Source of the DNA: Thermoanaerobaculia bacterium
GTDB lineage: Bacteria; Acidobacteriota; Thermoanaerobaculia; Multivoradales; Multivoraceae
DNA length: 64,000 nucleotides
Reading direction: 5' to 3'
Assembly (NCBI GenBank): GCA_963664405.1
Contig: OY761158.1
Coordinates: 6,240,001 to 6,304,000 of the forward strand
Below the pieces are notes generated by a model. It saw only the letters and a list, made by a program, of their open reading frames with translations, made no database searches and was not told where the DNA came from. The number at the start of each line of letters is the position of its first letter. Positions within the stretch are counted from its first letter, which is position 1. A program made the position numbers and the translations under genes. Positions 46,381-56,415 of this stretch are shown here, piece after piece.

Positions 46381-48288
46381 TCAGCCTTCGGGTGCTGCCC
46401 AGTGATGGCGGCTGAGCTGCAGGCGCTCTCCGCGCAGAAGGGGCCTTGGCACTTGTAGAACCATTGCCTGGTCGCTTGCCGGTAGTCTCTCGCTGATCCA
46501 CCAGTTTCTCTTGCCGACGCGCCGGGAGTACAGCCGTACCACCTGATCGCCACGGCGTGCGGTCGGTACGAGGTCGGGGTTGGCGGGCCGCCTGAGGCGG
46601 AATGATAGGGAGGTCGACGCCTCCGCTGGACTCGAGATCGGGTCGAGGTGGAAGCTCGGGATGTCTTCGTTGTCGTACTCGAAGTCGAGAGTCTCGGTGT
46701 CGATCCGCTCTCGGACGTGGAAGAGCAGAGTGAGGCCTGGGCCGCGAGCGCGAAAGGGTCGCGCAGAGAGGGTTTCCACCCGCGCCGCGCGGTCCTGACG
46801 TTGCAGATAGGTCTCCCCGTCGAGGCCTTCGAGGTGTGTGGTGAGAAAGATCTCCGCGTCGGATTGATCGAGCAGGTCGGGTGGCACCTCGCCGAGTCGA
46901 CTCGGAACCCGGATCATGGCCTTCTGCTCGCTCGACACTCCGGCGAATTTGAGCGGTGCCGCTTCGAAGTAGGCGACTCTTCCCGCCCAGGGTCGTAGGC
47001 GGTCGCTGACACGACGCAATGCCAGGTCCCAGGTCGTCGGGACCTGGGCATCGTAGGCCCAAGCCTGGGCCGGCACCGTGATGGCGAGGGCGAGTACGAC
47101 ACCGGCAACGAGTTGAGCCCTGAAAGTCTCGAGGGAGGGAAGCCTCGTCTTGGCCAGTCGCCATGCCTCGACCAGAAGATTCGCTGCGGCCAGGGATGTG
47201 ACGGGGAGGAGGGGCAAGAAGTTGTTTGCCTTCGCGTAGGGCGTTGCGGCTGCGTACACCAGGCTATAGGCGATCGGAAAGCTCAACAGCATGGCTCTCG
47301 TGAGAGCGATCGTGGAGCCCGCCGCGGGTGGTGCGCCTCGGCGGCGCAAGGGCGCGATCAGCAGAACAACGATGCCGAGGATGGCGAGGGTGCCGAAGAT
47401 TGCTCCATGAAAGCCGGGCGAGACGAGAAAGCCGCACTCACGCACGAGGAGGTCCCATACTCGACCGACGAAGGTGGGGTCGGGGCCCCGTGCCTTTCCG
47501 GCGTAGATCGCCTGATTTCGTCCCAGAGCGTCCAGATAGCGATGGACTTCCGGGTTGAGCGCCAGGAAAGTCACGGCAGCGGTACTGCCGGCCGCCGCTA
47601 GCCAGGCCCAGTGGCGACGATAACGCCAGCCTAGGAACGCCGCGGCGATCGTGAGCGGTATCGCCACCGGTCCTCCGTTGAGCTTGGCGGCGAGCGCGAG
47701 TCCGATTCCTCCTCCCGCCAGCAGATAACGGCCCAGGGAGGGTCGCTCGATCGCCATGATGGACCAAAGCAGAGCAAGGAGAATGGTCAAGCAGAGAGTG
47801 ATGTCGGGTTTGAACATCGTAGAGAGCCGAATGTGCAGCGGTGAGGAGGCGAGGATCGCAGCTGCCACCAGGCCGGTCTCGGCCGAGAACAGCTTGCGGC
47901 CGAGAAGAAATGTGACGAGGAGCGAGGCGAGGCCGAAGCTCACCTGGATCAATCTGGCGGCGAGATAGCCCTCACTCCGCAACCGTCCGTTGCTGAAAAA
48001 GGTGAAGTCGTTGCCCACAAGCCCTGCGACCCGCTCCGCTGTGGTCATCAGCAGTGCCTGCGGGAGATAGGAGAGGCTAGGGTAGTAAAAGTTGACGGGC
48101 CTCGGGTTCCCGGTGGCCAGAACGGAGCGTAGGTTCCTGACGCTGTAGCGCTCGTCCCAGTAGTGCCCGGGTCTGAGTCCGTTGCCGGCAAACCAGATTC
48201 TCAGTCCGGCTGACCACAGGAGGAGCCCGGCGAGAAGGAGCCAGAGCATGCGGCGGTGGAGCCCCGTATTTCTTCGATCGGAGATCAT
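46381..48288 (-). CDS. GT39/ArnT-like (GT-C) glycosyltransferase
   Basis: WDE loop, F.YP.L, LGR.LF....GL.AA, KPD and GLA.A.K motifs; multiple TM. Confidence 0.85.
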   Translation of the reverse strand: MISDRRNTGLHRRMLWLLLAGLLLWSAGLRIWFAGNGLRPGHYWDERYSVRNLRSVLATGNPRPVNFYYPSLSYLPQALLMTTAERVAGLVGNDFTFFSNGRLRSEGYLAARLIQVSFGLASLLVTFLLGRKLFSAETGLVAAAILASSPLHIRLSTMFKPDITLCLTILLALLWSIMAIERPSLGRYLLAGGGIGLALAAKLNGGPVAIPLTIAAAFLGWRYRRHWAWLAAAGSTAAVTFLALNPEVHRYLDALGRNQAIYAGKARGPDPTFVGRVWDLLVRECGFLVSPGFHGAIFGTLAILGIVVLLIAPLRRRGAPPAAGSTIALTRAMLLSFPIAYSLVYAAATPYAKANNFLPLLPVTSLAAANLLVEAWRLAKTRLPSLETFRAQLVAGVVLALAITVPAQAWAYDAQVPTTWDLALRRVSDRLRPWAGRVAYFEAAPLKFAGVSSEQKAMIRVPSRLGEVPPDLLDQSDAEIFLTTHLEGLDGETYLQRQDRAARVETLSARPFRARGPGLTLLFHVRERIDTETLDFEYDNEDIPSFHLDPISSPAEASTSLSFRLRRPANPDLVPTARRGDQVVRLYSRRVGKRNWWISERLPASDQAMVLQVPRPLLRGERLQLSRHHWAAPEG

Positions 48289-48364
48289 CGGGTCTCGAGT
48301 GGGAGCAACGGGGTCGGACCTGCGCGGGCTTGCGATCCCGGCTCAGGAAGCCGATTATAGTGGC

Positions 48365-50131
48365 GTGAGCGTAGTGAAGCGGGCTGGGGGAGTCGGGAGA
48401 GTCTTGGAGTGGGGTCTCCTGGGGGGGCTCCTGGTTTGGCTGGTCGTTGCCGCTTTTACCGTCGACAGAGAGAGTTGGCCGGGTTTGGTCGGAGACGAAG
48501 CGACCTACCTGATGCAGGCGGAGAGCCTCGCCTTCGACGGTGACCTTCGATTCGCCGCCGAGGACCTCGAACGCTTCAGGAGCCTTCATCCCTGGCCGCC
48601 GGAGGTCATCCTGCAGAGCGGTGACGGTGGAAATCGGGTGGCCTTCGGCAAGCCTTTCCTCTACGCCGCCGCGATCGCACCCTTCGTGCGTCTCTTCGGC
48701 GAGAACGGAGCGACCGGCGCCAATGCTCTCTTCCTGGCCGTGAGCTCGCTCCTCGCGGCTCTGGCGTTGTCTCGATCGAAGGCTGTTGCGGGTCCCTTGT
48801 GGGTGGCTGTTTTTGTCTTTGTCTCGGTCACTTTCGCTCATGTCTTCTGGATCCATTCCGACCTCTTTTATATGTGCACCACGGCTTCCGGGCTTGCCGG
48901 CGTTCATCTGCTCGCCGTAGGGAGTGGGCAAGGGAAGAGTAGGTCGACGACACGACGGATCTTGCTGTGGGGGCTGCTCGGCGCCTTGTTGGCGGTTGCC
49001 GGAGTCTCTCGACCTCCTTACCTCCTGGTCTTGGTGGTGGCGGCGCTCGCAGTACCCCGAGAAGAACGTCGTACGGGCCTCGGCGGGCTCGCGGCTGGAG
49101 CCGTCCTCGTTCTGATGGTCAGTAGCGGGGCGCAGTTTCTCACTGCCGGCGGCCTATCGCCCTACGGCGGCGAGCGCCGCGGCTTCTCTCGTCTCGAGGG
49201 TTTCCCTGGGGTCGATTTCCCGGCGGAGCAGTGGGCTCAAGCCGTTGCCGAGAAGGGCAATACGAGCTGGCTGGGCCGCGGGTCGTCCCAGGCTCGGCTT
49301 GATCTGGGCCTGCTTGGCTGGAACTCGCTCTATTTGTTTCTCGGCCGCCAGGTGGGAATCCTGCCCTATTTCTTTCCCGCGTGTCTGGCCCTGTTGGGAC
49401 TGCGTCGCAGCTCCAGAGTCTGGGTGTCGCTCGCGGTGGTGGCGGGCGTCCTAACGACCTTCATGGTGCTCCTGCCTTTCAACTTCTATGGTGGCGCGGG
49501 CTCCTTGGCGAACCGTTACTTCCTGCCGATCTATCCCCTGCTGTGGTTTTTGGTCCCGGTCGGGGCTCGCCGAGGCTGGCCGCTAGCGGCGGCTGTCGTC
49601 GCCGCTACCTTCATCTGGCCGTTGTGGACAAGCGCGAGCTCATACCCGGTGACGCCGGACGGCTACCGCTTCGTTCCCGCCGCGGCACGGAGGTGGTTGC
49701 CGGTCGAGTCGACCCAGCGGCACGCCAAGGCGCCGGGTCGTGCCGACGTGCTTCACCAGGGCCTCTGGTTGCGTTTTCTCAATGGCGCCGCGATCCCGGT
49801 TGGAACCGGCGCTGAACGTCTGCGGGTTGTGACAGGGCGGCCCGTCGAACTGCTGGTTGGGAGCGCCACGCCGCTGGCTGGCCTTGAGATCGAGGCTCTT
49901 GACGACGTCAGCGGCGAGCTTCAGGTCCTCGGCTCCAGGGTGCAGCCAAGGGACTCAGGAGAGGGATCCTGGACCCTCGATCTCGGCCGGCCGAGCGCTC
50001 GACACGAGATGTGGTGGACTCCGGAGCCGTTCTCGACGTACCACTTACGCGTGCGTTTCGACGGCCCCGACGAGGTGGTCGAGCTGCGCCTCCGTGAGGC
50101 GGTCCCTGCCCGGACGTCCCCTGACCGCTGA
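48365..50131 (+). CDS. GT-C-like polytopic membrane protein
   Basis: GDEATY.M.A.SLA.DGDL, KP.LY and GG.G...NRY motifs; paralogue of 50397. Confidence 0.7.
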   Translation: MSVVKRAGGVGRVLEWGLLGGLLVWLVVAAFTVDRESWPGLVGDEATYLMQAESLAFDGDLRFAAEDLERFRSLHPWPPEVILQSGDGGNRVAFGKPFLYAAAIAPFVRLFGENGATGANALFLAVSSLLAALALSRSKAVAGPLWVAVFVFVSVTFAHVFWIHSDLFYMCTTASGLAGVHLLAVGSGQGKSRSTTRRILLWGLLGALLAVAGVSRPPYLLVLVVAALAVPREERRTGLGGLAAGAVLVLMVSSGAQFLTAGGLSPYGGERRGFSRLEGFPGVDFPAEQWAQAVAEKGNTSWLGRGSSQARLDLGLLGWNSLYLFLGRQVGILPYFFPACLALLGLRRSSRVWVSLAVVAGVLTTFMVLLPFNFYGGAGSLANRYFLPIYPLLWFLVPVGARRGWPLAAAVVAATFIWPLWTSASSYPVTPDGYRFVPAAARRWLPVESTQRHAKAPGRADVLHQGLWLRFLNGAAIPVGTGAERLRVVTGRPVELLVGSATPLAGLEIEALDDVSGELQVLGSRVQPRDSGEGSWTLDLGRPSARHEMWWTPEPFSTYHLRVRFDGPDEVVELRLREAVPARTSPDR

Positions 50132-50147
50132 CTCCCCAGGTTGGCAG

Positions 50148-50310
50148 TAGACCAGCGTTTCCAAAGTTCGCGCACATGTCTCGGGCCCTTCTGCCCGCTG
50201 GCGTCGTTTCGCCTCCTCGACATATTCCCAATATGCCTGCGTCAGCGCGCCTAGCCAGCGAACAGAATGACCTCGAGCTATGCAGCACGAACTTTGGAAA
50301 CGCTGGTCTA
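50148..50310. repeat. MITE copy 3, intact (163 bp including both TA)
   Basis: Perfect 20-bp TIR TAGACCAGCGTTTCCAAAGT; central CATATT-CCC-AATATG hairpin. Confidence 0.92.
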
Positions 50311-50396
50311 GTCGACAATCCAGGCCCTCAACGCCTCTCTCTCGCGGCCGGCGCCCGCCACCCCCTGCCCGCGACGCTCTGCTAGACTGCCGCTCG

Positions 50397-52631
50397 GTGA
50401 CCCGCAACGCCCGTTTGGCCCTCTTGGCGCTGTCGGCCTTTCTGCTGGTTTTTCCCCTGACGCTGCCGAAGCCGGGGCTGCCGGTCAACCTCAAGGCGGA
50501 TGAGCCCGCGTACTACTTGATGGCTCTGAGCCTGGCCCGAGACGGTGATCTTCGGGTCGAGGTGAAAGATATCGACCGGCTCTTCGAGGAGTTCCCCCTC
50601 GTGCCGGTGCGCAACTTGATCGTCATGAGTGATGACGGCTGGAACACCGTCTACTACAGTAAGCCAATCGTCTATCCGCTGCTAGCGGCCCCCTTTGCTG
50701 CTCTCTTCGGCGCGAACGGCATGCTCTTGCTCAATATGGCGATGGTGGTGGCGATGATCTGGATGGGGGCCTACCATCTTCGCCGTTACAACAGCGATGG
50801 GCTGGCGGTCCTTCTCGCTTCCTGCTTCGTGCTTCTGAGCTCGGGATTTGCTTACGCCTACTGGCTCCACACCGAGACTTTCAACATGACGGCGGTGGCT
50901 GCGTCGTGTTTCCTACTCTTTCGCTGCCGCGATCGGGAGGCCGGCCTGATCTGGCCCTCTCTGTCTGGTATGGCGCTCGCGCTGGCCGCAGCCAACAAGC
51001 CGATGTATGCGATGTTATTGGCCCCGCTGTGGTTGCTGGCGTGGCGAAAGTGGCACTGGCGAGGGCTTCTCAGCTGGGGCAGTGGCGCCGCGCTCGTCTT
51101 GGTGGGGACGATGGCGCTGAGCACGGCTCTGATCGGCAAGCCGAGCCCCTACCTCGGTTCACAGAAGCGGGCGGGGATCAGCGTTTGTGAGCCGGGGAAG
51201 ATGCCCCTTCAGCCGGTGCCGGAATCCGTCACAGGGACCGACGGCGGCAATGGCGTCGAGAGCGAAGAGGACGCTGTGGTCGAACCGCCTCCTCTGAATT
51301 GGGGCTTTGTTCTCCTTCCGCCGCGGCTGGACTTTCGAGAATTGGGCGAGAACCTCGGCTACTTCCTCTGGGGGCGTCACACCGGCTTCATGCTCTACCT
51401 ACCCTTCGGGGCACTCTGCATCTTGGTGCTCGCGTTGGAGGCGCCGCGCGATCCGGTGCGTTGGCTGCTGCTTGGCACTCTCGCCGCGATAGCGGCCTAT
51501 TTTCTGGTCATGATTCCAGTGAATTGGCAGGGGGGTGGGGGATTCATCGGTAATCGCTATTACGTGGCGGTCTACCCGGCCTTTCTGTATTTGGTGCGGA
51601 GTTTTCGCCCCGCTGCTCTCTTCGTGCCAACGGTTGCGGCGGCTGGAGCCTTTCTAGGGCCGCTTCTGTTGATGCCTTTCGGCGCCTCGATGCCGTCGCC
51701 GACGTTGCAGGCTCATGTACGCAACGCGCCGTTCCGTTTCTTTCAACTCGAGCTCTCGCTCAAGAATCTGCCCGGCTATCATCGCGTCCGCCTCGATGGT
51801 GTTCGGCTTCTCGCCCGTCGCGACCAGATTGTGCCGCGCGGCGAAGCGATGTGGATCAGGGGCTCGGATCGCGTCGAGTTCTGGGTCGAGATGGGGGAGC
51901 CGGCGGAGCGTCTGGCTTTTGTCGTCGACAACCTCGCGGGCGCGAACGTGGTGGATCTCGAGCTTGGCGGAGCTCGCGAGAGTTTGGAGTTTGCGGCGGA
52001 GGGCGAGAGCCGAAGGGTCGTGCTCGAACCGGGTCGGGCCGACCGACGCCGCTCTCGGGGTGAGCAGAAGTCCTGGGCCTACAAGCTCGTCGTCCGCTCG
52101 AAATCCGGCTCGATCAAGAGCTGGGAACGCCGCCTTGGGCGGGGTTGCGGTGACTTCGAGAACGACCCGTCGAGACGCGAGTCCTTTTATGCCGGCGTGC
52201 AGGTGCGATTCTTGGGTGATGGGGACAAGCTCGCTAGAGATGTGTATGCGGTCGAGTGGGGTCCGTCGCCCGTTGTGTCGGGTCCGGTGATGCCGGGCTC
52301 CCGCTTCTCGTTGCCGGTGAAGCTGACCAATCGTAGCGAGCATCCATGGCAGACCGATGCAAGTGCGAGGATTCGACTCTCCTACCATTGGCTCGACGCC
52401 GAGGGGGAGACCGTGGTCTTTGACGGCCTACGGTCCGATCTGGACGGAGTGGTGGCACCTGGAGTCGCCCTCGACATGCTCCAGGAGATCGAGGCGCCGG
52501 CCGCGCCAGGGGCCTACATACTCGAGCTCGATCCGGTGCTGGAAGACGTCGCGTGGTTCTCGACCCGCAACGGAGGCAATACACTGCGCCTTGCAGTCGA
52601 GGTTCTCGAGCCGGAGCAGGGGGAGGGCTAG
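50397..52631 (+). CDS. GT-C-like membrane protein with C-terminal Ig-like domain
   Basis: ADEPAY..MA.SLA.DGDL and GG.GF.GNRY motifs; N....W...LSYHW...G.R....V.PG...P..PG.Y.L.LD tail. Confidence 0.75.
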   Translation: MTRNARLALLALSAFLLVFPLTLPKPGLPVNLKADEPAYYLMALSLARDGDLRVEVKDIDRLFEEFPLVPVRNLIVMSDDGWNTVYYSKPIVYPLLAAPFAALFGANGMLLLNMAMVVAMIWMGAYHLRRYNSDGLAVLLASCFVLLSSGFAYAYWLHTETFNMTAVAASCFLLFRCRDREAGLIWPSLSGMALALAAANKPMYAMLLAPLWLLAWRKWHWRGLLSWGSGAALVLVGTMALSTALIGKPSPYLGSQKRAGISVCEPGKMPLQPVPESVTGTDGGNGVESEEDAVVEPPPLNWGFVLLPPRLDFRELGENLGYFLWGRHTGFMLYLPFGALCILVLALEAPRDPVRWLLLGTLAAIAAYFLVMIPVNWQGGGGFIGNRYYVAVYPAFLYLVRSFRPAALFVPTVAAAGAFLGPLLLMPFGASMPSPTLQAHVRNAPFRFFQLELSLKNLPGYHRVRLDGVRLLARRDQIVPRGEAMWIRGSDRVEFWVEMGEPAERLAFVVDNLAGANVVDLELGGARESLEFAAEGESRRVVLEPGRADRRRSRGEQKSWAYKLVVRSKSGSIKSWERRLGRGCGDFENDPSRRESFYAGVQVRFLGDGDKLARDVYAVEWGPSPVVSGPVMPGSRFSLPVKLTNRSEHPWQTDASARIRLSYHWLDAEGETVVFDGLRSDLDGVVAPGVALDMLQEIEAPAAPGAYILELDPVLEDVAWFSTRNGGNTLRLAVEVLEPEQGEG

Positions 52632-52639
52632 CGAGTCTG

Positions 52640-53155
52640 ATGCTGGACAACGTGAAAGCAGACACGAGGCGACTGCGGTCGTTCAAGTACAAGCCTTTCC
52701 CGTTGTACATCGTCGAGTCTCTGCTGTTCGAGAATGGCTACCAGGCGGTGGTGCTTCACCGCATCGCCCACTGGTTCAAGTCGAGGAGGGTTCCTTTCTT
52801 CGGCCCCTTCTTCGCGCGCTTTTCTCTGTTCTTGACCGGAGTCGACATCGCGCCGGGTGCGGTGATCGGCCCTGGTTTCCTGATCAGTCATGGCGTGGGG
52901 GTGGTGATTGGAGACAAGGTCCGCATCGGCGAGCGAGCCGTATTGCTCCACCAGGTCACGATCGGTGCACCGAGCGGGGAGCGACGTGACGAGATGCCGA
53001 CAATCGGTGACAATGTCTACGTCGGTGCCGGAAGTAGATTGATCGGCAAGATCTCGATCGGTGATGAAGTTTTCATCGGAGTCAATGCGGTGGTGACGAA
53101 GGACATCCCCGACGGCAGCAAGGTCGTCGCTACCGGTGGCATCGAGGTTCGCTAG
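52640..53155 (+). CDS. Serine-acetyltransferase-like hexapeptide acyltransferase
   Basis: HR.AH, TG.DI.PGA.IG.G..I.HG.GVVIG and P.IGD.V.VGAG motifs. Confidence 0.88.
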   Translation: MLDNVKADTRRLRSFKYKPFPLYIVESLLFENGYQAVVLHRIAHWFKSRRVPFFGPFFARFSLFLTGVDIAPGAVIGPGFLISHGVGVVIGDKVRIGERAVLLHQVTIGAPSGERRDEMPTIGDNVYVGAGSRLIGKISIGDEVFIGVNAVVTKDIPDGSKVVATGGIEVR

Positions 53156-53352
53156 GCGCGAGGAAATGCGGCGACAGAAACGGCGACATTCGGAAGGACG
53201 CTGCATCCCTCCAGCGGCGTTGGGCTCCTTGTGACGTACTACCAGATCCGCCGCCGCCGCGTGCCTCGCTGGCGAGGCGCATCGTCGCTCGAAGGTAACC
53301 GTACTTGTCGCCGCATGTACTACACTCGCGCACGCTTCGAAACGGGTGCTCC

Positions 53353-54282
53353 ATGCTCTACAGGCTTCTGAAAGCGATCTATCGCAAGATCCATTCGACT
53401 TTGCTGCGGGCACTCAACGCCATCGGAGTGAACGTAGCGCTGAGCTCCGATTTCTACTCGCCGCTGCCTCTTCTGTCAGAGCTCGAGCGGAGTCGCGACC
53501 TGTGGGATCGGCCCAGCGATCTGGTCGGGGTTTCCTACGACTTGGAGGCGATGAAGACGCTGTTTTCGCAGCTCGTCAGTAGCTACGGAGGGGACTACGG
53601 GGCCCTGCCGAGCTTCGAGGAGATCAAGGCGCGTCGCTTTGGCCCCGGCTTTCCGGTTCTCGACGGCATGCTTATCTTTCTCATGCTGCGAGATCTGAAG
53701 CCGAGTCGCTATATCGAGATCGGTTCCGGGCTGTCGACCTACTACAGTTGGTTGGCGGCCGAAAAGAACGCGAAGGTCGGTCATCCGTGCGAGATGACCC
53801 TGGTGGACCCCTTTCCTACCGGGCGGCTGTCCGAGCTCGGCGGCCTCAGCACGATCGCTAAGCAGGTGCAGGAGGTCGATCTCGAGCTCTTTTCACAGCT
53901 CGGATCGGGGGACGTCCTCTTTATCGATTCGACCCATGTGCTCAAGATCGGTGGTGATGTGGCGTACCTTTTTCTCGAGGTTCTGCCGCGGTTGAATCCT
54001 GGGGTAGTGGTCCACGTGCATGATGTTCACTTTCCCTACAACACCCCCTATCCGGCGGAGCAGTACATCTTCAAGGCGAAGTGGCCGTTATATCGGACCG
54101 AGGCCTACTTGCTGCAGGCATTCTTGAGCTTCAACGACGAGTTCGAGGTCACCATGTCGACGCCAATGTTGCGTCACTACGACGAGGAATTCCTGGCGAC
54201 GACAGTTCCCTCGTACCAGGCAGTGGAGACAGAGGATTACGACACCCATTTCGGCTCGTTCTGGTTCCGTCGCCGGGAGTAG
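53353..54282 (+). CDS. Class I SAM-dependent methyltransferase (Methyltransf_24-like)
   Basis: IEIGSG.ST, LFIDS.H, L.PGV.VHVHD and E.YLLQAFL motifs. Confidence 0.88.
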   Translation: MLYRLLKAIYRKIHSTLLRALNAIGVNVALSSDFYSPLPLLSELERSRDLWDRPSDLVGVSYDLEAMKTLFSQLVSSYGGDYGALPSFEEIKARRFGPGFPVLDGMLIFLMLRDLKPSRYIEIGSGLSTYYSWLAAEKNAKVGHPCEMTLVDPFPTGRLSELGGLSTIAKQVQEVDLELFSQLGSGDVLFIDSTHVLKIGGDVAYLFLEVLPRLNPGVVVHVHDVHFPYNTPYPAEQYIFKAKWPLYRTEAYLLQAFLSFNDEFEVTMSTPMLRHYDEEFLATTVPSYQAVETEDYDTHFGSFWFRRRE

Positions 54283-54303
54283 AGCGCTGGGATCGAGGAG
54301 CGG

Positions 54304-55218
54304 ATGAGCCAGCCGAGTGTCGCCGCGATCGTGCTCAACTACAACGGGCGTGAGATCACGCTCGAGGCGATCTCGAGCTTGTTGGAGATGGCCTACGAGC
54401 ACCTCGTCGTGGTCCACGTGGACAACGGCTCGACCGACGGCTCCTACGAGGCAGTGGAGAAGAGGTTCCCCGACGTATTGCAGGTGCGCATCGAGGAGAA
54501 CCAAGGGGTGGTTCACGGTGTCAATCGAGGGCTGGCGGAGGCGCTGGATCGGGGTTGCGACTACCTGCTTCTGCTCAACAATGACATCGAGGTCGATCCT
54601 CAGATGCTTGGCGAGCTGGTAGCGGTTGCCGAAGGCGATTCGACGATTGGTTGCGTCGGACCGAAGATCTTCTATGCCGGTGAGCGCGAGCGTCTTTGGT
54701 CGGCAGGTGGGCGTATCCGCTTTCTTCACTCGATCACTCGCGAGCGTGGGATGGGGGAGATCGATCAGGGGCAATACGAGCGTGATGAAGAGGTCGGATA
54801 TGTCAACGGTTGCGCCGTGCTCATGCGCTCGTCGGTGGTTCGCGAGGTCGGGCTTTGGGACCCCCTTTTTCAGTTGGCGCTGGACGATGCCGATTGGTGC
54901 ATGCGAATGAAGCTGCGGGGTTTTCGCAGCGTCTATGCTCATCGCGCGGTTCTCTTCCACAAAGTGGGCTACACGGTGGGCGGGTATCAGGCTCGTCGGA
55001 CCTTTTACAATGGCCGAAGCGCCGCCCTCTTTGTCCGACGGTACGCAGGGCTTGGGCAGTGGGCGAGCTTCCTCCTCCTCAGTGGCTGCGCTCTCCCTTT
55101 GGCCTTCTTGCGCGAGCTGCCGCGTGGAAATCAGGGTGCGGTGATCGCCAAGCTGCGGGGGATCATCGAGGGATTGAGAGTGCCTCTCGGCCCGGCGCCC
55201 GGGGGCTACGATGGCTGA
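54304..55218 (+). CDS. GT2 glycosyltransferase
   Basis: LNYNG, VDNGS.DG, LLNND and G..D..F....D.DW motifs. Confidence 0.9.
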   Translation: MSQPSVAAIVLNYNGREITLEAISSLLEMAYEHLVVVHVDNGSTDGSYEAVEKRFPDVLQVRIEENQGVVHGVNRGLAEALDRGCDYLLLLNNDIEVDPQMLGELVAVAEGDSTIGCVGPKIFYAGERERLWSAGGRIRFLHSITRERGMGEIDQGQYERDEEVGYVNGCAVLMRSSVVREVGLWDPLFQLALDDADWCMRMKLRGFRSVYAHRAVLFHKVGYTVGGYQARRTFYNGRSAALFVRRYAGLGQWASFLLLSGCALPLAFLRELPRGNQGAVIAKLRGIIEGLRVPLGPAPGGYDG

Positions 55219-56146
55219 GAGTCCTGCGATCAAGGTTCTCTTTGTCGCCGGTCTGGGACGTAGTGGCTCCACCCTGCTCGACAACGTCCTTGGCAGTGTT
55301 GAAGGCTTTTTCTCTTTAGGAGAGTTGATTTATATATGGGATCGCTGTGTCCGAGACGACCGTCGCTGCGGGTGTGGCGAAGCGTTCAGTGACTGTCCGT
55401 TTTGGGCACCGATCCGTGCCGCGGGGATGTCGGGAGTCGACGATAGCGCCATCGATCGCATCGTCCGGGCGCGTGAGAGTCTCGGTCCTGGTGGTGTCAC
55501 GCTGCGTTCTCATTTCGCCACCAGGCCGCTCAGTGGCGAGCTTGTCGACGAGTTCGTCGAGGCGCACCTCGGCATTTACAGGGCGATCCGAGACGAGACC
55601 GGTTGTCGAGTGATCGTCGACTCTTCGAAGTGGCCGGGCTACGGATTCGTTCTATCGCAGATGCCGGGCGTCGAGCCCTATTATCTTCACCTCGTGCGTG
55701 ATCCACGTCCGGTAGCGTATTCGTGGCAGAAGAAGAAGATCTACGACGCCAGTGGCGAAGAGCCTCTTTACATGAGTCGCTTTTCGATAGTCGAGAGCTG
55801 CCGTCTTTGGAACAAGTGGAACATTGCGAGCGAGATCCTTCTTCGTCGGCCTCCGGGCCGTTATCTACGTCTCCACTATGAAGACTTCGTCGACCGTCCC
55901 CGCCGGACCATCGAGAAGATAGCCGAGCATGTAGGCGAGTCACCCAGCTCCCTGCCGTTCGTTTCCGAACACGACGTTCGCCTCGCCGTCAACCATGCCG
56001 TGGGCGGCAACCCTAGCCGCTTCGAAAGTGGAGTTGTCTCCATCCGCCGCGACGACACTTGGCGACAGCAGATGAGCCCACGCCAACGTTCAGCCGTCCT
56101 AGCCCTCACCTGGCCATTCTTCCTTCGCTACCGCTACCCAAGGTGA
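55211..56146 (+). CDS. Sulfotransferase
   Basis: GRSGST 5'-PAPS loop, VDSSK, LVRDPR...S and YED motifs. Confidence 0.9.
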   Translation: MAESPAIKVLFVAGLGRSGSTLLDNVLGSVEGFFSLGELIYIWDRCVRDDRRCGCGEAFSDCPFWAPIRAAGMSGVDDSAIDRIVRARESLGPGGVTLRSHFATRPLSGELVDEFVEAHLGIYRAIRDETGCRVIVDSSKWPGYGFVLSQMPGVEPYYLHLVRDPRPVAYSWQKKKIYDASGEEPLYMSRFSIVESCRLWNKWNIASEILLRRPPGRYLRLHYEDFVDRPRRTIEKIAEHVGESPSSLPFVSEHDVRLAVNHAVGGNPSRFESGVVSIRRDDTWRQQMSPRQRSAVLALTWPFFLRYRYPR

Positions 56147-56415
56147 TCCAAGAAAGAGTTCCACCCACTTGGGTCCCAATCCGAGAGCAGTTCCACCCAC
56201 CTAGCCCCAAGAACCGAATCCTCCCCGAGACTTCGCCAACAATGTGGCGAGATGCCCTTGGCACACACCTCTGGATGCCTTCCGGAGTGCCTCGGCGCCG
56301 CTAGCTCCCCTATCGGGGTGAAAATCGTTGGCGCTCGACGCAGCTCCGCCGCGCGGCTCCCTCCAGGACGAAGGGGCAACAGCGGCGAAAACGAGGTACT
56401 GCGGCAGGATCTCGG

